Below, one piece after another: positions 44,560 through 45,507 of a stretch of DNA of 45,507 bases. A model generated the notes under the pieces. The model had not been told where the DNA came from. It saw only the letters and a program-made list of their open reading frames with translations, and made no database searches. The stretch covers positions 1 through 45,507 of the forward strand of contig MFLU01000019.1 of the NCBI GenBank assembly GCA_001783335.1. The letters are read 5' to 3'. Each line of letters begins with the position of its first letter. Positions within the stretch are counted from its first letter, which is position 1. The position numbers and the translations under genes were made by a program. This stretch comes from Candidatus Kaiserbacteria bacterium RIFCSPLOWO2_01_FULL_50_24. Lineage in GTDB: Bacteria; Patescibacteriota; Minisyncoccia; Phycocordibacterales; UBA2100.

Positions 44560-45507
44560 CTATCGCACAATAACGGTAGTTGTGGCGGATACAGTTGATG
44601 TTGCGCGGGTCGCGTTGCATAAGACAGAAAATCCCATTGTCGTCGAGAGGTTTGATGTTACGACGGTACCGCTAGACTCTCCACTTTCCACGAGTTTGGC
44701 ACCGTGTATATCGGTAATCGTGCATGAGGTAGTGAACACACTCGCCCATGAGAGCCTAGAAGTTAGACCAGGGTCGATTGTATTCGGGTTTGCGACGATT
44801 ATTACATGCGGGGTGAGAGATGTTGGCGCACTCATATCTTCGGGTTTCTTATCCGGCGACTCTTGCATTCTCTGTGATCTTTGGTTCGAAAAGAATCTGT
44901 TGAGCAATTCGCCGATACTTTGTCCTAGCGCGGTAAACGGGTTCTGGGACTGAGGTTGTTGAGGTTGCGGTACTTCTTGTTGCTGGTTCCGCGATGCGTC
45001 CATCGCTCTTTGCCACGCAGAGTTACGTTCTTGCACAATGCGCTCAAGCTCTTCTTGTGTGTATGTCGGGGGCGGCGCGGGAGGTTGTTGCCCGGGTGGT
45101 TGCTGTTGAGCTGGGGGTTGTTGCCCGGGTGGTTGCTGTTGAGCTGGGGGTTGTTGCCCTTGGATTTGCGGCGGCGGCCCCGATGGTGGTGCGGGAGGTT
45201 GAGAAGGAGGAGGCGGTGGATCTTCTGATGAGCCGGGCCAATCATTCAACCCCATTATACCCCCCACGAGTAATGTCGGGCAAAGTATCCAATGACGCAG
45301 GCAGAATTTGACGCCAGTCCAGATTCTATTACCGCCCGAAGGAGGATCGCCACCTCCTTCGCCTGAAGGCGGACTTCCACCTCCTTCAAGTGGGAGTTCT
45401 AGTTGAGTATTCGGCGCCGCAGGAAACGATCCAACCACTTCAGGGCGTGTTGTCACGAGCGATTCAAACGGCGCCGCGGGGAATGACCCAATCGGCGACA
45501 GCGGTCT
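44560..45507 (-). CDS. Pro/Gln-rich membrane or surface protein with C-terminal Ig-like domain, 5' truncated by window edge
   Basis: frame stays open to the window end; short hydrophobic segment; C-terminal ANPNTI..G.TS.LSW.S....C beta domain. Confidence 0.75.
   Translation of the reverse strand, partial: RPLSPIGSFPAAPFESLVTTRPEVVGSFPAAPNTQLELPLEGGGSPPSGEGGGDPPSGGNRIWTGVKFCLRHWILCPTLLVGGIMGLNDWPGSSEDPPPPPSQPPAPPSGPPPQIQGQQPPAQQQPPGQQPPAQQQPPGQQPPAPPPTYTQEELERIVQERNSAWQRAMDASRNQQQEVPQPQQPQSQNPFTALGQSIGELLNRFFSNQRSQRMQESPDKKPEDMSAPTSLTPHVIIVANPNTIDPGLTSRLSWASVFTTSCTITDIHGAKLVESGESSGTVVTSNLSTTMGFSVLCNATRATSTVSATTTVIVR
45084..45158 (-). repeat. 36-bp coding tandem repeat (GQQPPAQQQPP-type)
   Basis: gttgttgcccgggtggttgctgttgagctggggg unit repeated twice plus a partial copy. 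Confidence 0.8.

Overview
Bacterial chromosome segment, most likely Patescibacteria/CPR (Parcubacteria-like). This is inferred from the missing rpmD between rpsE and rplO, the scarcity of Shine-Dalgarno motifs on core genes, a CPR-type VirD4/HerA-like ATPase and large Pro/Gln-rich secreted proteins. The window holds the end of the S10 operon and the spc operon (rpmC to secY, gmk, adk, map), a frameshifted purD, infC-rpmI-rplT, a frameshifted pstS, a K+ channel, tmRNA plus smpB, ftsH, pyrD, a rare tRNA-Ile(UAU), recG and a REP-associated HUH transposase (RAYT). It also has a nucleotide-enzyme cluster (NDT-like, Ada Zn domain, 1002-aa double metallophosphoesterase, tandem MazG) and two large surface proteins. 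The most striking unannotated layer is a dense set of short palindromic elements. (i) A 21-nt palindrome flanks the RAYT and is also translated in frame inside RAYT, purD and an aminotransferase. (ii) Further in-frame hairpin insertions sit in map, the ATPase and recG. (iii) A modular intergenic cassette bridges stop to start codon in front of six translation genes. (iv) Conserved-end, variable-middle hairpin elements occur throughout, two of which bracket a small gene like a composite transposon. Also seen: a 6S-like ncRNA candidate, an antisense gene splitting the spc operon and pervasive leaderless-type promoters. All calls come from motif recognition by eye; no searches were run.
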